Shown: one piece after another, positions 1 through 9,051 of the stretch
How positions within the stretch are numbered: position 1 is the first letter of the stretch
Layout: every line of letters begins with the position of its first letter
Source of the DNA: a virus
DNA: 64,000 nucleotides
Direction: 5' to 3' (one strand)
IMG/VR virus record: IMGVR_UViG_3300036861_000495
Location: 3,790-67,789 of that record
The notes under the pieces: generated by a model
What the model was told of the DNA's origin: nothing
What the model saw: the letters and a program-made list of their open reading frames with translations, nothing else
Database searches by the model: none
Made by a program: the position numbers and the translations under genes

Positions 1-183
1 ATTCCCGCCGACGAGGCTATCCGGGTCCAGGATCTGCACTTTCAACGCATCGGCGCCGGCATCTGCGGCCACATGGGCCAACCGGACGGCCGAGACCAGG
101 CCGCTCATCGTACCTCCTACCTCCATCGCGATATACGGGAAGTACCCCTGGCCTACTTCCTTGTCGCCGATTGTGAAATCCAC
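1..183 (-). CDS. Second NeuB/PseI-family nonulosonate synthase, N-terminal part (runs off window edge; not in ORF track)
   Basis: Manual translation from GTG at 183 with GGAGG SD: MDFTIGDKEVGQGYFPYIAMEVGGTMSGLVSAVRLAHVAADAGADALKVQ. This matches the NeuB N-terminus pattern (IG..+G.G..YI..E.G ... AGADA+K.Q). Confidence 0.75.
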   Translation of the reverse strand, partial: MDFTIGDKEVGQGYFPYIAMEVGGTMSGLVSAVRLAHVAADAGADALKVQILDPDSLVGGN

Positions 184-683
184 TCTGTCCCTCCAATCGA
201 AAAGTAGAGGCTGCCGAAGAGTTCGCCGTCCCAGAACTTCCGACGCGGTAAAACCGTTTTAAAGCCGCCGTGCTCCTTGACTACCTTCTGCCAGAACTCC
301 ACGGCAGGATTACAGAAGTAGCACTCACCATAGACCGTCGAGAGCCGCATGCGCTCGAACGCTTCCGACAGAATCAGCCCGAAGGCGATACGGCCATTGC
401 CAAGTTTGGAGTAGGCCGGATTGATGATTAGGCTGATCTCGGCCGAACCATTTTCCCAGGATATGTCGGTTAGTCCCGCCATGCCGACGAAGTCGTGTCG
501 GCGCAAGGCCCAGTACCGGTGCGGGCTTGACGGATTTAGGACCACGTCGCGGTAAAACCGCTGCTGAGAGTCCGGCGTTGACAGCGTCGTCGTGCGCAGC
601 GTCTCACGGGCGGCATTGCGCCATTCGCCAACTACGATGCACTCTTCCTCGGAAAGCGGCGCGAGTCTCATGTCAGCCACCAT
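153..683 (-). CDS. GNAT N-acetyltransferase, RimJ/PseH-like
   Basis: FVGMAGLTDISWENGSAEISL and YSKLGNG GNAT motifs; located in a nonulosonate cluster. Confidence 0.75.
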   Translation of the reverse strand: MVADMRLAPLSEEECIVVGEWRNAARETLRTTTLSTPDSQQRFYRDVVLNPSSPHRYWALRRHDFVGMAGLTDISWENGSAEISLIINPAYSKLGNGRIAFGLILSEAFERMRLSTVYGECYFCNPAVEFWQKVVKEHGGFKTVLPRRKFWDGELFGSLYFSIGGTEWISQSATRK

Positions 684-1479
684 GCACCTGAAATTTCGCC
701 ATTTCCTCTTCGCATGGCTGGGGGCGTTTGATGCCGTGCCCGACCATCACTTCGGCCTGACGGACAAAAGCGATGTACTCGACCAAGGACTGCGGCCCAT
801 GGGAGACCACATAGTCGGCGTTCGTGGTCGGTGTGTCTTCCAGTCGCGCGTGCACCTCGATCAACTGGGCACCGGCCGCCACCGCTAGGCCGCCGGTAGG
901 TCTCAACCTGGTGTGGTCGCTAAAGCCGACGGGCACAGGCGACACCATGCCACGCAGCTGGGAGATGGCGTCTAGGTGGACCTGGTCGGGTGGTGTCGGA
1001 TAGGCGCTCACACAATGGAAGACCCCGCCGAGGTTGCACACCTTGCCGATCTGTTCGGCCGTCTGGCGCAAGTCCAGCATTCCGGTCGAGATGAATACCG
1101 GTGTCTGTGGCCATTCGTCGTGGGCCTGAATGAAAGCGTCGTCGGTGGCCTCGAAGCTGGCGATTTTGAAAGTGTTCACCAACGGCACGATCTCCACGAT
1201 ATCTTCCGGGAGGTAAACGGTACACATGAAGTCGAGTTTGACATCATTCGCCTCGTCGGCCAGGTCGTAAAGCCACGTCCGTGGGAACTCGATCAGCTTG
1301 TAGGCATCCAGATACTCCGGGGCCCGTCGTCGCTCACAGATAGCCTTAGCGGCGGACGTCCATTGGAACTTCACGGCATCGGCGCCGGCCGCCTTGGCGT
1401 TGGAGATGTGGGCCCGCATGGCGTTAAGGTCTCGCTGATGCGTGCTGCCAGTCTCGACTATTATGTAAGTCTGGCTCAT
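673..1479 (-). CDS. neuB: NeuB/PseI-family nonulosonic acid synthase (no C-terminal SAF domain evident)
   Basis: IIVETGSTH, AGADAVKFQ, KIASFE, ISTGM, HCVSAYPTP, GFSDHT and IEVH motifs. Confidence 0.92.
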   Translation of the reverse strand: MSQTYIIVETGSTHQRDLNAMRAHISNAKAAGADAVKFQWTSAAKAICERRRAPEYLDAYKLIEFPRTWLYDLADEANDVKLDFMCTVYLPEDIVEIVPLVNTFKIASFEATDDAFIQAHDEWPQTPVFISTGMLDLRQTAEQIGKVCNLGGVFHCVSAYPTPPDQVHLDAISQLRGMVSPVPVGFSDHTRLRPTGGLAVAAGAQLIEVHARLEDTPTTNADYVVSHGPQSLVEYIAFVRQAEVMVGHGIKRPQPCEEEMAKFQVHGG

Positions 1480-2417
1480 ATATAGATAATATCCTTGGCT
1501 AAAGCGAGTAGATCGAACTTCGGCACAGTTTCGCTCGATACTTCTGCTGTCACATCCGAGGCAAAGTCCGGTTCTTGATATGGCCAGGCGGGCGATGCTG
1601 GATTGATCACGTAATAGCAGCCGCCCATCGAGACCGCCCGCGGCAACTCGTCTCTGGAGATGACCACTTCGTGTATCTTCTCGCCGGCCCGCATCGGGAT
1701 ACGCCTTGTGCGGGCACCAGGGGCCACTAGAGCCGCCATGTCGGCCAGGGTGGTGGATCGCATTACCGGGATGAACACCTCGCCTCCACGCATCAGATCG
1801 AGCGCCTGGAGCACAAAGGAGACGGCCTGGTCCATGGTGATCCAGAACCTGGTCGCGGAGGGATCGGTGATGGTCAGGGGCTGACCTGCTGCTGCTTGCC
1901 TGCGCCAGGTTGGTAGTACCGATCCAGCACTACCCAAGACGTTTCCCCAACGCGTGCAACTTATCCTGGTGTGCGGATTGGCCCATCTGTTCGCGTAGAC
2001 GGCGTAGAACTCGGCGGCCAACTTGCTGGCACCATAGGCGGTCGCGGGGGCACACGCCTTGTCTGTCGAGAGCACCAGCACCTTCGGGACTTTCCTCTTC
2101 AGGGCGGCTCGCACCACTTGGATGGTGCCGTCGATGTTGACCGAGTACAGTTCCCGCGGGTCATTGCCATCCACCCGCTTCAGCGCCGCCGCGTGGATGA
2201 TGGTGTCGATGCGGTGCATGGCATCGTACAGCGATTCCGGGTCGCGGACGTCTCCCAGAATCCATTCTACGCTGGCCGGATTGCCCAGGGCCTCGCGTAG
2301 CCTGGCCTGAACCGATTCGTTCCTGGAGAATGCCACGATTTTCTCGGTAGTCGGGATCAGGCGCCGGATCATGGCGTTCCCGAAAGAGCCGGACGCGCCT
2401 GTGATTAGAACCTTCAC
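1476..2417 (-). CDS. pseB: UDP-GlcNAc 4,6-dehydratase, PseB/FlaA1 family
   Basis: ITGASGSFG, GDVRD, HAAALK, STDKA, YGASK, RWGNVLGSAGSV, TRFWIT and GEKIHE motifs. Confidence 0.85.
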   Translation of the reverse strand: MKVLITGASGSFGNAMIRRLIPTTEKIVAFSRNESVQARLREALGNPASVEWILGDVRDPESLYDAMHRIDTIIHAAALKRVDGNDPRELYSVNIDGTIQVVRAALKRKVPKVLVLSTDKACAPATAYGASKLAAEFYAVYANRWANPHTRISCTRWGNVLGSAGSVLPTWRRQAAAGQPLTITDPSATRFWITMDQAVSFVLQALDLMRGGEVFIPVMRSTTLADMAALVAPGARTRRIPMRAGEKIHEVVISRDELPRAVSMGGCYYVINPASPAWPYQEPDFASDVTAEVSSETVPKFDLLALAKDIIYI

Positions 2418-3115
2418 GACTTGGGCCGCGCGGCCAAGGCATTGGCCAGCAAGAGGTCGATCTCGTCGTCTACATCAACTGATTCCTCCGGCTTCATCAG
2501 ATAGGGCCGGATGTGGCTCGATGAATACCAGTCGGCGGGATGTGTGCGCAGCCAGCCGGTTCGTGCCCAGAGTACGGTTCCGTCATGCTTCAGGCCCCCG
2601 GTCGGCCAATCATGCGAGTCGGCCAAATCCAGCATACCGCTGCCCGGATCTTGAAAACACATATACCGATAGTCTTGACGAAATGGCACCATGGACATGA
2701 CGGCATCGTCGTCGTCCCGCAAGAGCAGCCTCGATTCCACAATGTGGCGCAACGTACGCAGCGGCGAGGTGGGAAGCAACAACAGGACCAGGTCGTGGCC
2801 AGCGTACGCAGGCACCCGCAATCCCAGGTCGTGGCCAACATGCGCTGGCTCGATCAGTTCCTGCACAACTTCCAGCGTCCTGGTTGGCAGCGGCGCGTTT
2901 TGCTGGTGCATACCAACGCCAACGGTACCTGAGTACAGGGCGTTATCCCAGACGTCGTAGGAAACAACGATGTCGTTCACGATGCCAGCATGCTTGGCGT
3001 CAAACGCTACCTGGACGGCGAGTTGCACCAGCGACCGGGAGCCGACCCTCAGGAAGTTCTTCCCGGGGAGTCGTTTGGATTCAGCCTTGACAGGAATGAT
3101 AGCCACAGAACTCAT
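2414..3115 (-). CDS. neuA: CMP-nonulosonate synthetase (NeuA/PseF cytidylyltransferase)
   Basis: AIIPVKAESKRLPGKN, LLPTSPLR and SVDVDDEID motifs. Confidence 0.88.
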   Translation of the reverse strand: MSSVAIIPVKAESKRLPGKNFLRVGSRSLVQLAVQVAFDAKHAGIVNDIVVSYDVWDNALYSGTVGVGMHQQNAPLPTRTLEVVQELIEPAHVGHDLGLRVPAYAGHDLVLLLLPTSPLRTLRHIVESRLLLRDDDDAVMSMVPFRQDYRYMCFQDPGSGMLDLADSHDWPTGGLKHDGTVLWARTGWLRTHPADWYSSSHIRPYLMKPEESVDVDDEIDLLLANALAARPKS

Positions 3116-3453
3116 TAAAATGTCACCTCTTCGCCGCGGCGTTTCAGATGGTCTTTGTATACTTCAAGGGCCCGCATCGCTCGATCCAGCCTTTCCTCCG
3201 GACTCCAGGCCGCGGCCGGCCGGTCTGGCAGATCCGTAGATCCCGGCTTATGCTCTTTGCGCCAAGCTGTCATTCTGGCGCTCATGGCGTTGACCACGGC
3301 ACGCAGCGTAACTCTGGCGGCGTCGATAGCGGCTATACATGCCGGGCATTGACATCCAGGCACATCGCAGTCTACACACGGCAGGTCTGGCCCACAGATA
3401 CGGCGCTGCGGTTCACCCACCCATTCGGGAACCGGGTCGCTCGGCAGCGTCAT
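3115..3453 (-). CDS. Hypothetical Cys-rich protein downstream of replication gene
   Basis: Start/stop overlaps with both neighbours; CxxC and CxCxxC clusters. Confidence 0.6.
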   Translation of the reverse strand: MTLPSDPVPEWVGEPQRRICGPDLPCVDCDVPGCQCPACIAAIDAARVTLRAVVNAMSARMTAWRKEHKPGSTDLPDRPAAAWSPEERLDRAMRALEVYKDHLKRRGEEVTF

Positions 3454-4031
3454 GGGATCACTCGGTACATGCCATGATTAGGCACAACGTCAAGCCTTGG
3501 CGATGATCCAACAACAACATCAATCTCATCGTCCCATCGCCCCTGATGTAACCATGTCGCCGGATACGGAATGAACTGACCTTGATCCTTAGTCCAAGCC
3601 GCGCTGGTTTTACTCCTACCTACAGCTAGGAGTATCCGGTCGAGCAGTACCGAATCCGGCTTTAGTTTTAGCCATATACGATACGCTTGTTGCTTTCCGA
3701 CACGTCTCGGATAAGCAGACCAGAATCTTAGGAAAGCAGGAGAAAACTCCGAAACACTCGAACGCTCAGGGTACTCCCTTTGAGCCTCATTTTGAGCCTC
3801 ATTTGGGGCTCGTTGAGTACCGGTTTGAGCCTCACTTGGGGCTCGTTGAGTACCGGTTTGAGCCTCATTCTGAGCCTCACTCTGAGCCTCATGAGCAGCG
3901 ATTTGAGCCTCATTGGCATCAGATTGAGCACCATGTGACGGGAATAGGCACGTCAAATAGAGCATGGTGGCAGACAACTCGTCCGGAGTCATGGACCGAA
4001 GCCAACGGACAACAGCGTCTAAACGTAACAC
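3450..4031 (-). CDS. Phage replication initiator-like protein
   Basis: Conserved phage C-terminal domain FLRFWSAYPRRVGKQQA...QFIPYPATWLHQGRWDDE, preceded by a repeat-encoded linker. Confidence 0.75.
   Translation of the reverse strand: MLRLDAVVRWLRSMTPDELSATMLYLTCLFPSHGAQSDANEAQIAAHEAQSEAQNEAQTGTQRAPSEAQTGTQRAPNEAQNEAQREYPERSSVSEFSPAFLRFWSAYPRRVGKQQAYRIWLKLKPDSVLLDRILLAVGRSKTSAAWTKDQGQFIPYPATWLHQGRWDDEIDVVVGSSPRLDVVPNHGMYRVIP
3781..3912. repeat. Seven copies of the interrupted palindrome TGAGCCTCA, including two 33-bp tandem units; iteron-like, candidate origin
   Basis: Copies start at 3781, 3793, 3826, 3859, 3871, 3883 and 3904, inside the initiator-like gene. Confidence 0.8.
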
Positions 4032-4043
4032 GGGGAAACCATC

Positions 4044-4571
4044 CTACAGCAGGTCCCAGTTCGCGCGCAAGAACGTTTCGATCCCCTTGCCGGGTTGGTA
4101 GGCCGGATAGTTGAATGCGAATTCGGTCGCGGCCCGGGCGAAGTCAGACGACTCGATCACCTTCGCCCTCTTTGCCAACCACAGGAGCGCCAGGGACGGC
4201 GCCCGGCTTAGGCCCTGGTTGCAATGGACGATCACGCCCGGCCCTGTCGGATAGCCTGGCCCTTTTCCGTCCGGGTCGCACTGGTGGTACATCCATCGGT
4301 CCAAAAAGTCCAAGGCTGTCTGAAACGACAGCAACTGGAATAGCGGCACCGGCGGGTCGATCAGATTTAACACCAGGTGCTCGTTTCTTTCGCCTCGCAG
4401 GCACGACAAATACTCCGGATTTAGCTTGTTCGGAGACCTTGTCCCCACTGCCAGCGAGTGGCACGGATCTTTGCAGCCGTGAATCATCGCCGGCTTGTCT
4501 GACTGGCGTGTGGTCCAGTGGCGGCAATCCGTCACGTTCCCGATCCAGAGCCTCGGATGTACCTCGACCAT
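4044..4571 (-). CDS. Dual-specificity/PTP-like phosphatase
   Basis: HCNQGLSRAPS catalytic HCxxGxxR loop; N-terminal EVHPRLWIGN typical of DSPs. Confidence 0.85.
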   Translation of the reverse strand: MVEVHPRLWIGNVTDCRHWTTRQSDKPAMIHGCKDPCHSLAVGTRSPNKLNPEYLSCLRGERNEHLVLNLIDPPVPLFQLLSFQTALDFLDRWMYHQCDPDGKGPGYPTGPGVIVHCNQGLSRAPSLALLWLAKRAKVIESSDFARAATEFAFNYPAYQPGKGIETFLRANWDLL

Positions 4572-4760
4572 TAACTGTTACCTCTCTGGCCGGCGGATGA
4601 CCGGCCGCGGCACCAATCGCTAGCACAAGCCCGCAACGACACTGATGCGCGCCGATGTGGCCCCGGGGCTGTATGCACCAATGCGCGATCCCAGTCGGCC
4701 CAGGCACCAAGTTCAAATCCCGACACCCCGGCATCTCGGGGCGCAGGTCCGGCAGCCAGG

Positions 4761-5552
4761 TCACCCCAAGAGCCCTTTGCCTTCTGGGAGCGGAAACTGC
4801 TCTGACGTTGCCGCATAGATGCGGGTCAGCACTTCCCCGACAGAGAATGCCTTCAGGGCGCGCTCGGTCTTCCAGTAGATTTCGGCGTTGATGGTGCCGT
4901 TGCTGGCTCCCACCATGTCCTTGAGGAAGCCCCTGAAGTGCATCATGGTGGCCTCTTCTTGCTTGGGGAGGCCACCAGCTAGAACCGCTGCGGCCCGCTC
5001 CAGGGTGGCGGAAGAGAGATGATAGTAGGCACGCCCGAACACCGATCTCACTGGAGCGATGTCCACACCCTTGCCGCCCCTGGACAAGAGCTTGGTGGCG
5101 TATCGGATGGCCAGTTCGTGTTGTTTGAAGAACGCCCTGGCTGCGTTCAAGCTGCTCGGCCTCAAGCTGGGGGCACCAGCCCGAGACATCTGGTTGGCCG
5201 TCGCCGACTCGGCTGCTGAAATCGAGACGTCGTCCACGATTCTCATGGTATCCGCCAGCGTGCGTCCGCGCTGTTGGTCGATGGCGGAGACCGCCTCATC
5301 CGATAGCCCATAAGCCACCATCATCCACACGCCGCGGTTGGCCCGGATGATCGCCAGAAGCCGGTGCTGGCCGTCGCGTAGCCGGCCCTTATCGTCGAAC
5401 GCGATCCCCTGATGATGCAGATAGAATCTGCCGGCGAGGATGTCCGATGCCAACCTCGCGACGTCGTACTCGTTGATCTTCTTGTTTTTGTGGTTAAGAG
5501 CAAAGTACGCTTCTGCCAATGCCGGGTCGATGTACTGCTGCTCGATTCTCAT
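4761..5552 (-). CDS. ParB-like/DGQHR-motif phage protein (start revised to ATG 5552)
   Basis: IAFDDKGRLRDGQHRLLAII motif; AAGGAG SD before ATG 5552. Confidence 0.7.
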   Translation of the reverse strand: MRIEQQYIDPALAEAYFALNHKNKKINEYDVARLASDILAGRFYLHHQGIAFDDKGRLRDGQHRLLAIIRANRGVWMMVAYGLSDEAVSAIDQQRGRTLADTMRIVDDVSISAAESATANQMSRAGAPSLRPSSLNAARAFFKQHELAIRYATKLLSRGGKGVDIAPVRSVFGRAYYHLSSATLERAAAVLAGGLPKQEEATMMHFRGFLKDMVGASNGTINAEIYWKTERALKAFSVGEVLTRIYAATSEQFPLPEGKGLLG

Positions 5553-5625
5553 GACGGTCTCCTTACGCCCTGATAGTGGCTGGATGTGTGTAGAGCGGCC
5601 CGCTCCCCATGATGCTGCACTTTTG

Positions 5626-6873
5626 TTACGCCCTGTACGGACCCGGCGTAAAGGTGAGCCCGGACGTCTCGAATTCCGCCCGGTCAATTTTCCAATGAGG
5701 CTTCGAGTCAACCTCAAGTGTAACCATCGGAAAACACGTGCGAACGACACTGCAATACGAACACGGGAAGCCTAACTCCACCGTCGATAGATTGCCGGTC
5801 GACTGGCAGTCAGGGCACGCCTTTGACCCCTTCTTCAACAGTGCGTGGCCGCCCTTGGCGCGGGTCTGGATGCCGGTGCCGTCGCAGGTCGCGCACGCGA
5901 AGCTAGGACCGTACTGACGGAACACATCTTTCGAGCCAGGGCCAGCGTCGCCGCTAAAGAGAAGGGTGCGGCGAACATGATCATGGATCAGCCCCAACAT
6001 CTCCTCGTCGAACGGATTGTCCACGGAGGCAAGATCCCAGTCAGCATCAGCCGGAAGTTCCGGCTCCGTGCCATCTTTCAGAGAGAACTCCTCCGATATC
6101 CCATTCAGCTTGGTGATGGTCAGCCTCTTGCGCTTATGCCGGCGCGAAAAGTCCAGCTCCACCAAGTGGTGAGTTTCTTTTCTCTCCACAACCATCAGCA
6201 CATCCAAGCGGGTCGCCTCGACGAAGCCTATCAACTGTGCCAATCGGCTCCAGCCAAGCCGCCCCAGCAAGACGTCTCGAAACCCGAAATTCGACATGCT
6301 CTTGCCTTCGACCACGACAAGCCGGTCGCCGATCTTGGCGATCCAGTCCACGAACGTCGGAACCCAGACACACGAACGCTCGGAGTCGACGACGAAGCCC
6401 AACATCTTGCCGCACCAACCGTGTTCCTTGCGATTATCTCGTGAGATACCAAGATCGCAGGATGGACACGGGAGCAGCTTGATTTTGAGCCGGCCGTCTA
6501 CCGGGCGCACGTAGGGCGGCACAAAGCCCGGGCGAGACGTACCCCACACCTTCCGTGTCTCCACCAAGTTGAGCAGTGTCACCATGTCGACACCGTCGAG
6601 CGGCACCGGGAAGTAGAACGGTTCCTGTCGCAGGCCGGTCAGATTCGGGATGGACTTCCTGAAGACGTCGTTCAGCCACTCTTCCTCGATGTGGCCATGA
6701 TCGAAGCGGATGATGTCACGTGGCTTGAGAGGCTCCGGATGCGACTGCTCCGGGAACCGCTGGAACTGAAGGGCGGCCGTGCATGACCCGAGCGCGGACC
6801 CAGTAGGGTTGCCGCGGAACTTCCTCTCAGCGGCTAGGCCGGCGTAATACTGTCGAATCGCCTCGACGATCAA
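5626..6873 (-). CDS. Cas4/AddB-like PD-(D/E)xK exonuclease with inserted Zn-finger segments
   Basis: N-terminal SALGSC, FVDW...VVVEGKS, C-terminal CSYCSVVRTC (1+3 Cys Fe-S pattern); CATCDGTG...CPDCQSTG insert. Confidence 0.75.
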   Translation of the reverse strand: MIVEAIRQYYAGLAAERKFRGNPTGSALGSCTAALQFQRFPEQSHPEPLKPRDIIRFDHGHIEEEWLNDVFRKSIPNLTGLRQEPFYFPVPLDGVDMVTLLNLVETRKVWGTSRPGFVPPYVRPVDGRLKIKLLPCPSCDLGISRDNRKEHGWCGKMLGFVVDSERSCVWVPTFVDWIAKIGDRLVVVEGKSMSNFGFRDVLLGRLGWSRLAQLIGFVEATRLDVLMVVERKETHHLVELDFSRRHKRKRLTITKLNGISEEFSLKDGTEPELPADADWDLASVDNPFDEEMLGLIHDHVRRTLLFSGDAGPGSKDVFRQYGPSFACATCDGTGIQTRAKGGHALLKKGSKACPDCQSTGNLSTVELGFPCSYCSVVRTCFPMVTLEVDSKPHWKIDRAEFETSGLTFTPGPYRA

Positions 6874-7073
6874 GCCCGGCCCTCCTCCTTCTTCGGCTTG
6901 CGAGCACGAAGAACCTCCTGGATGTTCTCGATCTGTTCTTTAGCATGTTCTGCGGTTGCGATCAACAGCCGATCCTGTAGCTTGTCGCCGACGCCATCTC
7001 TGGCGCGCAACGCTTCGATGAGATGCCGCACAGCCCTGAGAGCCTCTTCCTTTGCGTTTACGCTCGCGTTCAC
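6870..7073 (-). CDS. Hypothetical protein
   Basis: GTGA/TTGA-type overlaps with both neighbours. Confidence 0.65.
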   Translation of the reverse strand: MNASVNAKEEALRAVRHLIEALRARDGVGDKLQDRLLIATAEHAKEQIENIQEVLRARKPKKEEGRA

Positions 7074-8173
7074 ACTACCCTCCTCTTGTTAGCTTTGAGG
7101 CGGATCACCTGAGCCAGCACGTCCCGTCCAACTTTGCCGCCGGCCTCCGCCTGTTCTAGGGCGTCGCCCTGGGTCTTGATCTGCTGGCCGGTTACGTTGT
7201 CCACGCTCCCGTAGAGAGCGCTCAAATACAGGCCATAGGTAGTCGAGTCCACGCCGATACCCTTGGCCGCCAGGAATAACCCCTCGATCGTCCAGCCAAC
7301 CACTACCCTGTCCATCGACGCCTTCACGGCCGCGTTGATATCCTGCTGCAGCGGCTTAATCTTGTCCATGGTTGGTGATGCAGGCGCCCAAGCACCCTCC
7401 GCCGGGGTGCGTTCGACGGCGGGGCCCATTGCCTGGGTCGCCTGCACGTCCTCGATCGGGACTGTCTGCGCTTCCTCGATCGTTTCAGAATCATCGGCCA
7501 CTGGGGCTCCCGGGAGCATCATCATCTCGATCTTGGCACCCAGTGACCGGCGATAGTTGAAGACGTCGGCATAAGAAATTGGTGCAGTCAAGGTGGGCAC
7601 GTAGATCGTTTGCCGCACCATGCCCTTGACTTTATCGTGACGCTGCGTCTCTTGCTGCTCCAGGCGAAGCAGGAATGGGATGCCGCGCAATCCCCCGAAG
7701 GTCGCCGTGAAGTGGTCGAGCGCCGAATTCAGGGACACGATGGCTGTCCTTCCATGACATACCAATTGCCAGACGCCTAGTTGCTTGACCTCCGGCAGGA
7801 GGAAATTGAGCACCGCTGTCGGCTTGCATTGCGGCTTGTCTCCATCCAGGTATTCGCACGGGCAGGAACGCTCCACCAGTTCCCCTTGATCGCTCCAGCG
7901 TCGCGCCGTCTCGCCGTTGCCGGCACAGAAGAGACCGCCGCCGGAACGGTACATTTTTAGCTCCTGCGGAAACAGCTTTTCCTCGTCGTCCAGGGGGAAC
8001 ATGATGCGCAGTTCCTTGGGCTGGACTCCGAAGACCTCCTGGACTATGTCGGGGCAGACAAAATAGTCCGTGGCCCTTGGATATGGCTTACCGTTGGCCG
8101 GCGTGACCATAATCCCTAGCTTGATCTTGCCGGCCCTCGGCAACCGGCGCTTCTCGGAGAGTCCTTTTATCAC
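7070..8173 (-). CDS. Recombination directionality factor-like (Gp3-like) phage recombination protein (start revised to GTG 8173)
   Basis: RRLPRAGKIKLG...YPRATDYFVCP...LFCAGNGETARR family pattern; GTGA overlap with upstream stop. Confidence 0.7.
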   Translation of the reverse strand: MIKGLSEKRRLPRAGKIKLGIMVTPANGKPYPRATDYFVCPDIVQEVFGVQPKELRIMFPLDDEEKLFPQELKMYRSGGGLFCAGNGETARRWSDQGELVERSCPCEYLDGDKPQCKPTAVLNFLLPEVKQLGVWQLVCHGRTAIVSLNSALDHFTATFGGLRGIPFLLRLEQQETQRHDKVKGMVRQTIYVPTLTAPISYADVFNYRRSLGAKIEMMMLPGAPVADDSETIEEAQTVPIEDVQATQAMGPAVERTPAEGAWAPASPTMDKIKPLQQDINAAVKASMDRVVVGWTIEGLFLAAKGIGVDSTTYGLYLSALYGSVDNVTGQQIKTQGDALEQAEAGGKVGRDVLAQVIRLKANKRRVV

Positions 8174-8991
8174 AGCGCCTGCACCGCGAGCGATTCTTTC
8201 TGGTACGCCTCGATCCCAGGGATGCGGGCATTGATCTGCGCGGCCGTCTGTCCTTCTCGGGCCAGGAGTATGACGAGCGCCCGTATTGCCTTCTCGTCCG
8301 GCACCTTGAGACTGTTCGGCACTAGCGCCGCGTCGACTATCTTGATCTCCCACGTCTTCTTCGTGGTCGACTTCGCCTCTTCAGTCACGGTCTGGCCTCG
8401 CGGCGCCATGGCCTCGACGCGCAGCGCTGCCGCTGCGACGGTGTGCGTGGCGGCGACTTGGTCAGCCTCGGCGGCTTTGTCCAGGGCCGCAGACACAGCC
8501 TCGGTATCCTTGACAGCGTCGGCTGCGAGGGCCGCTTGCATGGCGGCGTCCGCAGCGCGCTTGGCATCGATGGCGGCTTGTTGAGTGATGGCAGCCTGGC
8601 GCGCCTTTTCCGTGGCCACCACACGCTGTTCACGGTCAAAGCTAAGTACGCGATCGCGCAGGAGAGTGTCGGCCTGGGTCACAGGCAGCATGACATCGCG
8701 GAAGGCATTGGTGAGGCGTTCCTTCCATGCCTCGGCCGGTTTGAGAGCGTCGCGACGTGCAGTCTCGGCCTTCTTGATGATGGTGGCTATCCTGCCAAGA
8801 TAGGTAACAGCCTTGCCCTTGGACTCGGCGTCTGTCACCAACATCAACTTGGCGGCTAACAGGATCGCGGCGGCCTGGTCCCGGTACTCCTTGACGGCCG
8901 ACTCAGAGTCGATCAGAGCCGGCACCTTGGGCGCGACTCCAGGCACCAGGGCCTGGCTACCGATGGGCGTCTCTTCGTATTCCAGGGCCAT
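8170..8991 (-). CDS. Coiled-coil phage protein of the recombination module (Gp157/Gam-like C-terminus)
   Basis: Long Ala-rich helix ending VPDEKAIRALV...IPGIEAYQKE. Confidence 0.6.
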   Translation of the reverse strand: MALEYEETPIGSQALVPGVAPKVPALIDSESAVKEYRDQAAAILLAAKLMLVTDAESKGKAVTYLGRIATIIKKAETARRDALKPAEAWKERLTNAFRDVMLPVTQADTLLRDRVLSFDREQRVVATEKARQAAITQQAAIDAKRAADAAMQAALAADAVKDTEAVSAALDKAAEADQVAATHTVAAAALRVEAMAPRGQTVTEEAKSTTKKTWEIKIVDAALVPNSLKVPDEKAIRALVILLAREGQTAAQINARIPGIEAYQKESLAVQAL

Positions 8992-9015
8992 ACTGTTCTC
9001 TCCTGTGGTGGGCTG

Positions 9016-9042
9016 GGAGCCCGGCCAACCGCCGAGCTCCCG
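9016..9042 (-). other. Intergenic GC-rich stem-loop
   Basis: Minus strand GGGAGCTCGGC-GGTTG-GCCGGGCTCCC; no U-tract. Confidence 0.5.
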
Positions 9043-9051
9043 ACCACGAAC

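Noticed and set aside
3781-3912. Repeat array as a CRISPR
   Set aside because: The units are 9-33 bp with no unique spacers, lie in frame within a CDS, and have no cas operon. The Cas4-like gene sits in a recombination context.
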